Shown piece after piece: positions 36,744 to 50,200 of a stretch of 64,000 bases of DNA. Source of the DNA: Lama glama (Eukaryota); the NCBI GenBank assembly GCA_028534125.1, contig CM052823.1, positions 74,276,001 to 74,340,000 on the forward strand, read 5' to 3'. The notes beneath the pieces were generated by a model. The model was not told where the DNA came from and ran no database searches. It was given only the letters and a program-made list of their open reading frames with translations. The translations under genes and the position numbers were made by a program. How positions within the stretch are numbered: position 1 is the stretch's first letter; every line of letters starts with the position of its first letter.

Positions 36744-39232
36744 CTGAAGTCAAAATATAAGGAGAGATGCCACCAAGTTACCTCCTCACCCACCCATTCA
36801 TTCATTCACTCAGCAAATACACTTGAGGCCATACTGTGTGCCCAGCACTGTTTCAATTATGCTATTTCTGGAACAAACAGGGTTCTTGTTTCCAGAACTT
36901 CCAACGGGCTCTAATTTAATGGTAGATCCAAACATTGCCTTTGACTTCTGTAACCAGGAAAGCCTTGCCCAGGTGCAGGAGTTTTCCTTTCAGATGAGAA
37001 ATGGAACTGACCCATGAGAACTGCTTTCATAAGTGCAGAGAGGGGCTCTTTATCTCCCAGGGGCTGTATGTTAAAGAGAAAGAGCTTATGCTCTACCTGG
37101 ATTACAGATAAATTCTAAAACATTCCCAAACTCTTTGAAAATGCCTAGAGTAATGATGGGCTATGCCCACTTTTTAGCATTTACCTTTTTTAAAAAAAAA
37201 CTACCAACATGCTTCAGAGATGCTTCGGCCCAAGAGCTTTAAAGCTATGCTGAACCTCACAGCATTCCTGTTAAATGATCATTCTGGTTTTGTGTGTGTG
37301 TGTGTAATTTGCCTGCCTGGACAAAGCAGAATCAATCAGGTAAAGGAAGGTGAAACATCAGGGAGGCATGGCCTGAGGCAGGTCCCCCAAGGCTCTGCAG
37401 AATAAATGCTATCCAGAGTTGAAAGCACTGGGGTACATCCAGGTAGCCCTTTATAGTACTATTGATACTCATAGTGATAATTATTATGTAGTTTTCATTT
37501 TTTTGAGTATGACAGGTAATGCTCAATGCTTTACATAATATTGTCCTGTTTGTCTCTCAAAATTAGACAGGCAAGGAAATGGATCTTTAAAAAGGTTATA
37601 TGACTTTCCCCAAGTCACACTGCTAACATGCTGTAGATCTGGGATTTGAAATGAGATCTGGCATCACAGCCCAGGTCCTTAATCACCACACTCTAAGACC
37701 CTGGCCTTGGATGAGGAAATCTTTCAATTTTCAAAATTGGTCTAAACCATTCTACTTCTACAGAACCCACAAAGGTCCCTAAGTACACAGCAAGGCTATA
37801 AGGATGATACACAGCATCGCCAGAAGCAATAACATAAAATTCTTACGTCTGAATACAGATAAAAGTTGTTATGTCAAAAAAAAAAAGTTGTATGTGTAAT
37901 ATGGCAAATTTACTAGGAAAATAACCATAGAAATCAGACTTTGTCTTTTTAAATGCAAATGAGTTTTGGCATAGAAACCAGCTTCATCTTTATAAATGCA
38001 AAGGAGTGTTTACATGTCCTTATGCAAGGGTCTCACAAATGAGAAACCCTTTTGACTTTCAGTTTTACCACTTAAACCAGACAAACCCAGGAAATCACTG
38101 ATACAGGCAACCAGTGCCCTGTAGACATAGTTCAGTTCTCCTGTCAATATGTTACAGTTTCGTCCCTACTTAAGAACTTCTCTCCGCGTAGCACAATTAT
38201 GGTGCAGCATTTCATGAATATATCTTTTTGAAAATATCTTTAGTTTACATCTAATGGCTAAAAATATTCTCCTCTATTATCAGATTCTATCTGTTGTTGC
38301 CAGAGAAAGGCTGAAGAAATATGTCCGGATTTGATGAATAATGTCTGTAGTTGGCCTTAGCGCTGCCTGCTTTCAGGCATAATAGAGAACTTCTGGTGTG
38401 TGTTTGTGTATGTGAGAGAGAAAGTGTTTGTGTGAGTGTGAGGAAGATTCACGCCTATGTGTGTAGGCCCACGAATCTCAGTGAACAATGGCTTTTAGTA
38501 TATTCTGAGATAGTGAAGTACTCTTGGACGAGGACAAAACAAAAGAAAATCAGACATTATATCATCTTGAAAAGAGGCAACAGATCATTGGCCAGCCCCA
38601 GGGTATGGACAATATTTTCCTAATACAGTTTCCCAAATCAGCACAATTTCAACCATCAAAACATTTGCTGAAAACACAATTTTTCTAAAAGGAGAATATG
38701 TAACAGATTTTTTTTTAACTTTTAATTTAAAAAGTTATACATGTTAATTTTTTTAATCTGGTAAAAACAAAAAAACAAAGAAAATGAATCACCCACAGTC
38801 CCATCACAAAGTACAACCTCTCTTTTACATTGTGGTGCATTATCTAGTTTTGACTCCTTTTCGTCCGTACTGCTGACTTCGAGAAAGCTAATCATAATTT
38901 AAATATGGTTATTTAGATCATTTCCATAGACTAGTTAATAAATTATTAACTTAATATAATTATATTTTCTCACAAGTAGTGAAAGCTAAGGAAGCAACAA
39001 GGAAAAAAATACTGTTTATAAAATTAAAAATGTATACAAAAGTCAAGACAGCCATATAACTAAAGATAAAATCAGAAGAGGAATATAATCTTGGGAGAAA
39101 AGTGTCAGGGTTCAGGGACAATCCTCAATTTTCTGTTGTGGGAAGAAAAGACTACCCTTTTCTCCTCATTATAAGCCTCCGTCTCTGATTCATCCTCCAC
39201 CACTTATCCTCCATAAGTGCTCACTTTGTGCA

Positions 39233-39855
39233 CAGTAGTTGTATTTTATAAAATTTCCAGAACACTGAATTAGTGAAAACGGAACCCCTGCCCCTAAGAC
39301 AAATGCAGGGTGAGGTTCTCCCAAGCCTCTGGTCACAACATTTCCACCAATCCATCAACACAGGACCTTGTTTTATGTGTGTTTCTGTTTGAGAATACTG
39401 TATTTAGTATATATGGTTGCTGATTCAGTATCACTGAACTCACGGGCAGCAGCACTGTAGCTCATGCTTGAACTAAGTTTATCTAATGCAGATCTTTTCT
39501 CTGTCAGGCAATCATAGCCCTCTTGCACTTAGGGTCACCAGACAGCACTTCAGTACTACACTTGGGGGTCATTTTAAATAGCAAAATCATCAACAGAGAG
39601 CACAAAAATGCAGGCAGTGTAGCAGTAAGTAGACCTCAAGAGTTCACCTGTTTACAGCAAGAGCTGAAACAAGCAGGCAGAGTGGGGCCTGGTTTGACCT
39701 CAGCTGGGAGGTTACACACTAGGCAACTCAAATTCTGTTGCTTTGCACATACCACAAAAGTGCCGTGAGTACTGATTTGGGGATTACAAATAAATTTTAG
39801 CAGGTGAGCAAATTCTCAAATTATGCAACCTACAAATTATGAGAAATTGATTATG
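39233..39855. mobile_element. TcMar-Tigger non-autonomous DNA transposon (MER82-like)
   Basis: gaacactgaattag...gcctctggtcacaacatt...ccagacagcacttcagtactacacttgggggtcattttaaa...ttacaaataaattttagc matches the recalled MER82 consensus along about 620 bp. Confidence 0.8.
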
Positions 39856-40029
39856 TATTATATATCAGTATGTATATATATCAGTATGCATTACTGGGTG
39901 TGTGAAAATTATAAAAATAGGAATTTATTGCATTATCGAGGAGAAAAATACATTCACCTCTATGAAGTGTCTAACACGCTGACAGAAAAAGATATTAACA
40001 TAAAATGTTAAGCATAAGTGAAAGGTTGA

Positions 40030-40700
40030 GATAGCACTGAGAGAAAAATTATCTGTAATATAAAGGAAAAAGTACACATCATTAAGATATATTACAAAGC
40101 CATAGTAATTTGTATATGATAATTAATATGCTGGTATACAACAAGCAAGTAGGCCAATATAAAAAGTATAATAAAGGCCCAGAAACAGATTCACATACAT
40201 ATATAGGAGGAATCTGGTAAAATGGGGAGACGCATTAGAGAAAGAGGAGATTATGCAGTTAATGTTGTTTGGAAAATCAGATGACTTAACATAGACAAAA
40301 TTAAGTTAGCCCCTCCACCTCCGAGAAAATATAAAGTTCCAGTGAAATAAATATTTTATTTGTAAATAAAACTATAAAGGCAATAGAAGAAAGTGTAGTA
40401 CGAGTTAGATTAAGAAGAGAAAATTTAATCCAAAGAGAGTAGAAGGAAGACATAATAAAGATATAAATGGGAGTCAACGAAACAGAAAACAAACAAACAA
40501 CAACAAAAAAAAGAAAAAAATGAAACCCAAACTTGAGTCCTTTGGAAAGATCAATTAAATGAATAAATCTCAAAGAACACTGATCAAGAAAAAAAAAGGA
40601 ACAGAAATGATAAATAACAGGAAAGAGAGAAGGCATCCTCCAGGCAATAAAAAGACAGTGAAGGAATATAATGGGAAATTTCACGTGGAACTGACTCCCG
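40030..40700 (+). mobile_element. Degenerate L1 ORF2 fragments
   Basis: A-rich, with tattacaaagccatagtaat...ggcccagaaacagattcac...tttggaaagatcaattaaatgaataaatct. Confidence 0.6.
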
Positions 40701-40829
40701 GCAAACAGAGAAAGCCTACAAAGTTTTTAAGGAAATTACACTGCCCAAGAAACCGCAATCCCTTCTTGTCCGTGGCTTTTTGGCCTCTAAAGCAAACTCC
40801 CATCGCTCAAGCCCACGTCAACAGGAAAT

Positions 40830-41810
40830 AGGTTGTACTAGTGGGGAAGCCCCTAAGAAAGGCATTTTTCCCAACATCTCCGTTCTCTGCACACAGGAAA
40901 GATAACAGCAGAAACAAGCCAGAGGGCACAGTCCGGGCCCACAGGTGACAGTGGACGAGGAGAGTCCTCTCCGAAAGCTGAACTAGAGTCCAAGCAAATA
41001 GCTTTCTCCCATTCCAGTTCAGGGAGTCTTCACAACTGCTGCCTGGCAGCACTTGGTAATCACTCTGGACCAGTGACCACTGCGTTTCTGCACGCTTCCC
41101 TTTTGTCAATGTGGGTTCTCACTGAGGCTATTCTATTCCTCTTCCACCACTAATTTTGGGTGGGGAAGGAGCTAGAAAACTTGGCAAGTAGTAAGGATCC
41201 CCATCCAATCTTGACTGAGAGGATCTCACATCACCCAGATGTCACAGACTTCAGGCTGGACACTGTCATTGTTGGGGGTATTTGCAAGGTCTCCCTTTGA
41301 GAGACAGCAAATGTGTTCTATGTGAAAGGAAGGTGTGCTGTGGCAGAGATGATTAATTGTGGACCAATATCTATTCTCCCTTTCATCACATTATGGGACT
41401 CCTAATTTTCAGCTGGGCACATGGACACACAGCTAGAGGAATGTTTCCCACTCCTGTGAAGCTAGGTATGGTCCCATGTCTAAGTTCTGCTCGTGGCAGA
41501 GGAGAACAAATGATGTCTGCCACTTCTGGGTCTCCTCCTTTAAAGGAACGTGTGTGCACTCCTCTTGCCTTTCTTGCTTCCCACTGGCTGAATACAGATG
41601 TGATGGAGAGAGCCTAGGCTCTTAGAAGGAAGATAGAAGACCTTGGACCAGAGATGGAAGCCGGCTGTTGAGAACAGCAAAGCTGTCCTACCCGCCCTGC
41701 ACCACCCATCTTGGGGCTATTAGGTAAAATAAATGAACATCAGTCCTTTTTATACTTTGGCATTTAGGGGAGTTTCTTTGCTATGGCAGCTTAGACTGAC
41801 ACCAATAATA
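40830..41810 (+). mobile_element. MaLR remnant: internal 3' segment plus MLT1J-like LTR (from 41339)
   Basis: ggaccagtgaccactg MLT-int motif, then tgtggcagagatg...ttttcagctgggcacatgg...ttgctatggcagctta. Confidence 0.65.
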
Positions 41811-42849
41811 ATTCAACACAAAGATTAAACAGTTTCAGTACTAATGATTTCCTCCGGCCGTGTTAGATCAGAGTGAAGACTGGGTCACAGCTCTTCCTAG
41901 GCTGGCAGTGTAAGAGGGTGAACCGAGGAGCCCTAACGGCATACTTGAGATATATTAGGTTCATGTCTCTAGATTTGTTTTTGTTTTGTTTTACTGAACT
42001 AACCGTAACTCACCATGATAAGGGAGGCTGAGTTTGCCTAAGGAAGCTGAAGAGAATTTTCAATGGAAGAAGGAAAGAGAGAGGAGGAAACATTAGGAGG
42101 GAAATATTAAAAGGTGTACTTAAAACATTCTGCAGAAAGTTATGTTTAAAGTTATCCCTATTCCATTTTACTAAATTTTCTCATATCAACATTATATATA
42201 CTTTTGGAGTAGGAGTTAATTATTTTTTGGAGAGAATGATGGTATGCTGAAATTAACCTCAAGGGGCTAGTGAGAAGCCCAGAAGGGCTATGGTACATCA
42301 AATCTTAAACGGAAATAAAAAGTACGAGAGGACCGCAGGCCTAAATTATTAAATATCCTGCTGCTAAGGCAGGGAAAGGGAAAAAGGACGAAAAAAAGAA
42401 AACAGACTGGAATCAATGAAAATACATTTTGACATTACAATTTTGGACAGAACAGAACTTATTACTTTCAACTAATGACAGGAATGGTATTATGGATTAA
42501 TTTTGCCTTTCATATTATTAAATTGTCAATGACAAAAGGCAAAGTTTCTTTGCTTGAGTTATAAGGATTTTTAACATTGAGGATTTGCTTATAAAGGGAC
42601 TGGAGTTGTAAATCAAGGAATAACCCAGATCACCTAATGTGGGCTACCCATTAAATGTGTTTTCTCATAAAACATTGTTGCTTTGAAAAGTCCATGAAAT
42701 GGAAGTGACTGAGTGCACGCTGTCACAAAGTGACTCTCAAAACCTGAGGTCCAGAAACTTCTCCCAAAAACTGCCCCTCTGCATTAAACAGTTAAATTCA
42801 CTGCAGAAATCTGAATTCACTGCATATCCCGCATCCACAACACAAGATG

Positions 42850-43500
42850 CCCTCTGTGGTGGACGTGGAGGTGCACTACCCGGATCCCTCTTCAAGGAAG
42901 GACCAAGTACCCCAGATGTTCTACTGACCGCCCCTTCAGGGTCTGCCTCAGCTGCAGAGAGCTGCCTGCCCACGGGCTTGCCCGCCCTCGTGGGCCACAT
43001 CCAAAGACGGAGATAAGTGGGGCAAAAAGGCCCTGCCCTCGGGCTCCATGTGGGACAACTCCAGCAGGCCCCGTGTGCTCCCTGCAGGGGTGGCAGAGGC
43101 TTCGTCAGGCTGGCATGGTTGCCCCACCTCTCTCTCTGCTCAAGCCTGCTTTCTTCCCCCCCTTCCTGATTCTGATCCCAACAAAGACCCTGCATGCCAG
43201 GCCCCATCTCAGCATCTGTTCCAGAGAATCCAACCAGCTTGTGTGGTTGTCAAGAGTGACCTGGGAGAGCCTGCAAGAAGACGGCCCGCTTGCCACCTGG
43301 CTGGGAATGAAGACCTTTGTCTCGGCCCAGAGAGCTCAGGTGGTCGAGAAAAGCCGAGCCTCAGCAAAATCGCCTTTCAGACTTCACCTTGTCATTGCAG
43401 CCACACCAGCCGCAAAGTTGCCCTTGGCAGTCTGGAGAGACTTCCTGGGCGAGTGAAAGGACTTGTTCTCAGCCACTGGTTCTCCTTCTTTAGACTGAGC
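42850..43500 (+). mobile_element. ERVL LTR16-like LTR with adjacent internal sequence
   Basis: gggacaactcc...ctctctctgctcaagcctgctttcttcccc...catctcagcatctgttccagagaatccaacc resembles the LTR16 3' half. This explains the cluster of GC-rich spurious ORFs. Confidence 0.6.
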
Positions 43501-44072
43501 CGAACTTGACACTAAGCCAATCTCTGAACCCAACAAGCTTCAGCATTTTATGAAAAGCATTTTTTGTTCATTTATTTTTCAGTCGATTGTAGGCTTTTGG
43601 CTTGTTTTACTTTTATTTATTTACGCTCCTGTTTATGGATTTACCCCCTGGAAGCAATCTGGCAGGAAAATGATGTTTATCTCATTGTATTTTACTCACA
43701 GTATATGGCTGAAGAAAGAAGTCATCTTATTTTAATGCTGTATAGATGACTTACTAAGGGGTTTTGAAATGAATAAAATTAACACTATCACTAAACAGAG
43801 CTGAAATAGTGGCCACTGTTCCCCATGCAAACAAATTCAAAATTATTTCCTGGCTTTACAGCCCTTCCTTCAGCAAAAACAAAAGTTTGGAGTCAATTTA
43901 AAGTGTTTGAAAAGATTATTCAAAATCAAAGTCCCCAAACCTTGAAATCCACAACATCTCCACCAAGTTTTAAAATATATTAACTGTGGTGAGGGACTGA
44001 GGTAAGAAAGAATCCTTTTAACTTCCAGAAAAATGAGGCTGAGGAAACATCCTTCTTGAAAATGAGAGACAG

Positions 44073-44533
44073 TGTAGTGAGTTGAACAGTGGTCCCCAAA
44101 GGACCACTCTCAAGTCCTGACCCCTGGTACCTGCAAATGGGACCTAATTTGGAAAAAGGGTCTTTGTAGACGAATTAAACTAAGGACATGAGATGAGCTC
44201 TTCCTGGATTTCCGGCCCATCTATCAGAGAAAGGTGTCCTGGAAGAGAAAGGAGAGGGATATTTGAGATACAGGGGTAAGGCCATGTGGAGAAAGAGGCA
44301 GACTGGAGTGATATGTCTCCAAGTCAAGGAATGCTAAAAACTGCTGTCAGCCACCAGAATCCGGGAGAAAGACACGGAACCCAGTCTCCTCTAGAGGCTC
44401 CCAGAAGGAACCCACCTGGCTGCCATCCTGATTTAGGACTTCTGACCTCCGTAATTGTGAGAGAATCCATTTCTGTTGTTGTAAGGCTCCCCATTTGTGG
44501 TCACTTGTTTCAGCAGCACAGGAAACTAACACA
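44073..44533 (+). mobile_element. MaLR solo LTR (MLT1C-like)
   Basis: tgtagtgagttgaacagtggtcccc...ggccatgtggagaaagaggcagactggagtgat...cagcagcacaggaaactaacaca, with TG..CA ends. Confidence 0.85.
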
Positions 44534-44553
44534 GGCAATGAGCAGCCACTTAC

Positions 44554-44733
44554 TTTCACGGTGCCACGGGCTCCCCAGTGGGTGAGCTGAGCTTTGATTT
44601 CCAGCAGAGACAAGTGTGCTTTGAAGAGCCTGCGTATTAATGTAGGAGGGGTCGTCGAAGAGATCCACCCGACACGTGTGCTTCCTCAGTGACGCCTCTC
44701 GTTGGGCCTGCACCCCTTTCTCATGTGCATTAC
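44554..44733 (-). CDS. SHC4: SHC4 exon 10 (180 nt, CH1 region)
   Basis: ccacag|GTAATGCA...CGTGAAA|gtaagt. Encodes (G)NAHEKGVQAQREASLRKHTCRVDLFDDPSYINTQALQSTLVSAGNQSSAHPLGSPWHRE, with a Grb2-type YxN motif. Confidence 0.96.
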
Positions 44734-45349
44734 CTGTGGTGAGTAGTTAACAATCAATGTACCATGTTTTCGCTTTGTAAACAATAAATAAAATCATGGT
44801 TTTCAGCCCAGCATTGACAGGAAGGGAAAAGCCATGCCCCTCTCACACAAGAACTGAATACCGACAGAGATCTGACTGTAAAAACAAAATCAGCGTCGGT
44901 CTTTAAGGGAAAGCACACTCTGGCTGGCCTCCCTGCCCACCCGCCTGCCCCGTCCCTCAGCTGACCCGCTGGTTCAACAGCAGACAGCAGATAAACCAGG
45001 AAGACCCGAAAGAGGAACAGCCAGGGGAGGCAGGGAGCTGACTGTCCAGCAAACAGCACACACCTGCACGGCTCAGACCGGCGGTCCAGGAACCGAGAAA
45101 ACACACATGCCACGTGGAACTTGAATATCTACTATGTAAGCTGCTTTTCAAAAACCTCATCACTTAATTTTAAATTATTAGGAGTGGAAGTCCATCTTCC
45201 CTCTGTTGCCAAGGTTTTGTTTTGCCAGACGCAGCCAGCAGCACCAGCTGCTGATGGTCATTGTGTCATCTGACGGGAAGAACCCACCGCTTGGGTTACC
45301 GCCTTCTTCCCCCGACCCTGCCCTCTCCCCTCCACTCCGTTCAATCCTT

Positions 45350-45905
45350 GCGGCCAAAATTATCTTTTTATGGCTGAAAATCTGATCCTACTTCTCAGAG
45401 GTTAAAAAACCCTGTCACTGCCTCCCACTGCTCTTCAGATACAACTCAGACTCTTCAGTAAGCCCCAGGCCCTCTGCCAGTGCCCAGCTTCCCTTGCACC
45501 CCAGTCCTCCCCAGTCTCTGACCGGGCTCACATGGGCCTTCTCGCAGTGTAAGCGCCACCCTGAGGCCGTTTTCTCTGACTGACATGCCCTTCCCTCCCC
45601 TTCTCCATCTCCCTCATCTTGAGGTGTCAGTTTAAACACATTTTTCTCAAGAGAACCTTCCCTGACCTTCTCAGACTAGACTCTGTCTCTCTGCTTTCCT
45701 AGAAGTTTGCACTTCACCTTTGAAGCCCATATCACAAAAGTAATTCGTTCCACTATGTTATCATCTTTTTTAAACATCTGTTCTGCATCTAGACTGCATG
45801 TTCCGTGAAATCAGGGATGCTGTCTGTCCGGTTCACAGCTGCAACCTCTGCCTTTTGCACCTGCCTAGCATATACTACAACATCAACAAACAGTGACGGA
45901 ATGAA
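45350..45905 (+). mobile_element. L2 LINE 3' remnant
   Basis: ctcaagagaaccttccctgacc...ctagactgcatgttccgtgaaatcaggga...gcacctgcctagcata. Confidence 0.65.
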
Positions 45906-46965
45906 AGGATACCTGCACAATATTTCACTACCTGATGGCATGAAGTACTTTGTACCATCCAACTGGTTCTGACCTGAGAATGCCAGGATAGAATGTTTTC
46001 CCTTTTCTGTTTAAACACATACACGTATAGTCTTGGCAAGGTCCCCGTGAGGCTGCACCCGAAGTAGTGACATCGACATTCCCCTGTTTTACTATAAAAC
46101 GACAGCAGTCCTTCCAGTCAATTAAACCCCTTCAATGTGGTCCAAAAGGGACCAGCTTTATACTGGATTTCACATCATGGCGAATAGTGCTACGATTCTT
46201 ACGATGCAAGTATGGAAACCTAAAACACACCAAATAGGGGAAGCCGGGTCGGAAGACTACAGTCCTGCCTACTGCCTGCTCCTCCTTCACTCCTTGTCTG
46301 TCCAGTCCTTACCCATCCCCTTGTCCCATGTCTGCTCTGTATGTGGGGTATCCTGAGGGAGCAGTGGGATTTCTACAGAGGGAGGGGCAACAGGGCACCT
46401 TACCTCTCTGTTGCATTTTACAACACAGGACAGTTTCCATTTGCTTGGTTAAGTGGATTCATCAACTATATTATCCAATTTAAACTAAACTTAGTTTCAC
46501 AAATGGACAAGTGGCTAAAAGACCACTGCCAAGAAATCAAGGGCTGAAGATCACTCTTTTACTCAGTACAAGCTCCTCCTTAACTATGTTATGAACTTAT
46601 AAACAATAATGATCTGATTAGATCAACTTTGGCCTCCTGACAGTTAAAATTATCAAGACTGAAATGTGGATTTATGCCTATTTTGTTTATTTTGTTTATT
46701 AGTAAATGCTCTAAATGTATATTGGGCCTTGAGTTATTACCTAATGACAGTATTCAGCCATTGTAATTAGCAAGACAGTTTTTGAAAATGTCTATTTATC
46801 ATTAACTCTAACTTTGAAATTTTCTACTCTTGTGTATGTTTTATAATACATGCATAATACATTAGTATCCTGCAGAGAATTCATGCATGATTGAATTCTT
46901 ATTTATTTAGGAGTACCTTCCCATAAAAATTTAGTGAAAGTGGAATATGATGAAAAGTGTGTAAA

Positions 46966-47278
46966 AAACCAAAAACAGACTAATGGACATAGAAAACAAA
47001 CTATGTTTACCGAAGTGGAAACGATGGGGGAGGGATAAATTAGGAGTCTGGGGTTAACAGATACGCATTACCATCTATATAACAGATAAACAACAAGGAT
47101 AACGTAGGGAAGTATATTCAATTTCTTGTAAACACAATGGAAATGAATCTGGAAAAAAATATATGTATGTATGTGTGTGTGTATATATATATACATATAT
47201 ATATATAATTGAATCACTTTGTTGTATGCCTGAAACCAACACTGTAAATCAACCACACTTCAATAAAAAACAAAAAAA
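46966..47278 (+). mobile_element. Truncated L1 3' end with internal (TG)n(TA)n
   Basis: aacagactaatggacatagaaaacaaac...ggagggataaattaggag...cacttcaataaaaaa. Confidence 0.82.
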
Positions 47279-50200
47279 TTTTTAAAGTGTTTGTAAGAGG
47301 TCTGCTTCTAAATTAACATGGACCTGGGTTCAGATCCCCTGGTACCTCTTATTATTTGTGTGGCCTGAGGCAAATTACTTAACCTAAGTGTCAGTTTTCA
47401 TATCCGTAAAATGGGGATGCCAAGCTTAAAACACGTTATGCGGATACAATGAGAGTGTGGGTGAGCCCCTCACTGAACTCGGTGCCTGCCTCGCTGCTCA
47501 GCTGTGTGCTTACTCACTGATGCTGGCACGCTGAGCATGGTGCTCATATCTTGCTTTGATATTCTTCCTGTCCCTTTCCTGACCTGACTCCGACTTGTCC
47601 TGTAACATTCTGCACCTCAGGCTGGGCAAGGTGCCACTCCACAATAAACTGTAGGTCTCTATTTATTTCTCTGCCTTCCCACTGACACTGCAAATTCCTT
47701 GAGTCCTGAGGAGAGATTAGAACCCATTTATCTGTTAACTTCCACATCTTCAACGCCTGGTATGAAGCAGGTGCTCAAAAGAAAAATGTTTGTCAGCTGA
47801 ATGAACAGATGACTGAATGTCTACCCAGTTTTCCTTTCTTAGCAATTGTGGCCCCACCATGTTGTGAAGACCCTGAGGCACCCTTTAGCACGGGGTGCTG
47901 ACTCGTCTGTCCGCCCCCAGCGCACTGGCACGAGCCGACCACATCGAGTTTACCAGCCCACGGGGCTACACAAAAGCATCAATGTCTAAACAGTCTCTCT
48001 CAAAAACGACCATTCCTTTTTTGCAAATGAGCCATTATATCTAAGTCAGTAATGCTGTCTTCAATCAAAAAAATAAAATAAAAAATAAACCACAGAACTC
48101 ACCCTGTGCCCAAATTAAAAATCTTTCTAGGGTAAAGTGTGTGGTTGATGGGAGCTTAACCACACATGCCAGGCACCATGCATTCCAAAAGTTCTCCGTG
48201 CCAAGTATTACTTTGAGAACCTATCCAACCTGCTGAAGAGAAGATTTGTGGCAGAAAATAAATACATACACGCTGTATGTACTATATGTACCAAAGTTTT
48301 TAAGTGCAAGCTCTTAGGGTTTGTGGGAAATTAACATCTTTTTTATTTAAAATATCAATATTTTCATTTTAACTTGAAGGTTGGGGAAACATTATTCTAT
48401 TTTGCTAATTATTTTTCTCCACAAGGGAATTTATTATTAAGGGCAGAACTCTTTTATACGTCTTGAAATAAACACAATTAACTCCTTCAACAATGAGACG
48501 CCTACTGCAGTGTTTCTAATACACCAGAATTCAAGCTTCAAGTCAGTATTTGAATCAACAAATTACTTTGAGTAAAAAAGCCAGACCTTACTGAAAATAT
48601 TTGTTTAGGTGTCTCTTAAATGCTTACGTATGAATCTCTGGGAAAAGCCATTAAAAACAGTCCATTTGTTATTCTGGCAACTTCTATTAGTTTGGTCACT
48701 GGTTATGAATTTCAGGTCACTTTTAAATACATGCCCAAGTAGTCACAGGCCCACCCCAAAATAGGAGCCCCTGACTTCTGGGTGTCTGTGGGTAAACAGA
48801 CACTGAGTTAGAAAAGCCCTTCTAGCCTCAACAAGAGGGACTTCACTTGTTCGCTGTGGCCCCTGGTGCGGGGGTTGAGTCTCCCAACCCCGCACAGTCT
48901 TAGTGGCTGAGGTCTGGGGAGATGGCTTCCTAGCACTCTGGTTCCCAATGGAAGTTAGAATCTGCTTTTCTAAGAAAACAATGCTGTAGTGCAGTGATCT
49001 TCAGGGGTTAGAGGATATCCAGTGGGAGGGTCTTTTCGAAACTACAAACAACATCTCTCACCTCCCTGAGATTCTGAAAGGTTCCCAGCTGTGAACTGCT
49101 ACCTTAGGTCACCGTGAGGGAAGGCAGTGTGCCAAGGCTCTGTTTGGGTCCCAGACTGCCCCACAACCAGTGTAACAGGAGAACAGGTGCTTGCAATAGA
49201 ATTTCCTAGTGCTGTATTTGCCATTACGAAATATACATGCAAACTCCGGGACAGGAAACAAAAATGTCAGAATACGGTCACTAGTCTAGGAGACAGCCAT
49301 CATGGCCAAAAGTAACTCTATAGAAATAGGTTCCAGGCTGCAAATAAGTGTTTATTACAAAAGTCTGTTGAGTTTAGATCTGATAGTGCTTAGGGCATGT
49401 GGAAGCCAGGAAAGAATAAGGGGTTACATGGTAAGTTGGTTTAAAGGAGAAATAAAACCAAGATAAACAGAAACAGTAAATTGGATTCTAGGACAAGGTT
49501 ACACTTACAAAAAGAAAAATCTTGAATAAAGTTGAAATGGTACCTCCCTATCCACTAATTCCTTCTTAACTGTATGCTTTGGCGGCACGGACGGGGAGGG
49601 GGAAGGCTACTTTAAAAACGTAAAACAAAAATCAAATCAAGGTGAGTGCTCCTGAGAAAAAAGGAAAAGGAAGGAAAGCATAGCCCTCTTCTCTGACGAT
49701 AGTGTCTTGATTTGGCACAGTCAGCATCATCCTAGGAATGCTGAGGATCTTCATGCAGTGAGTTCCCTTCAGGAGCTACGTGACTGCAGACAGGAGGGCG
49801 TGCCACGACGACTGTTTCGTGGACTGGAGGGAGATGAGCTGGGAGGAGTCGTATCTGGGCAAGGCTAACCGATTTGGAGCTCCACAGGACTCCGTCCTGG
49901 GTCCAAAACTCTCTCTCTCTCTTCCCTGTTCTCTCTCCGTGCAATGACCAGGGAACTGGTCCTGGCACACTCAGGAATTCCAGCTCTCATTTATACTTTC
50001 TCCCTCCCCCTCTCCCTCCCTCCCTGCCCTCTCTGTGCTGGGAATTCTCCATAATGCCCACTCATCCTTCAGGTCTTGGTTTGGTTGCCACTTCCTTAGG
50101 GAGAACCTCTCCAGCCCCCCTAGATTAAGTTGGGTTTCCCTGTTATTTGTTCCCATAACATCTTGCGCCTTGAAATACTCATCACATTCGTAAGCATTGG

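Noticed and set aside
42699-43509. Cluster of overlapping 105-156 aa ORFs on both strands
   Set aside because: They lie in a GC-rich LTR16/ERVL-like remnant and show no recognisable domain or splice structure.
48863-48897. GC-rich hairpin gtgcgggggttg-agtctcc-caaccccgcac
   Set aside because: The stem of about 11 bp is too short for a pre-miRNA and is plausible by chance in 64 kb.
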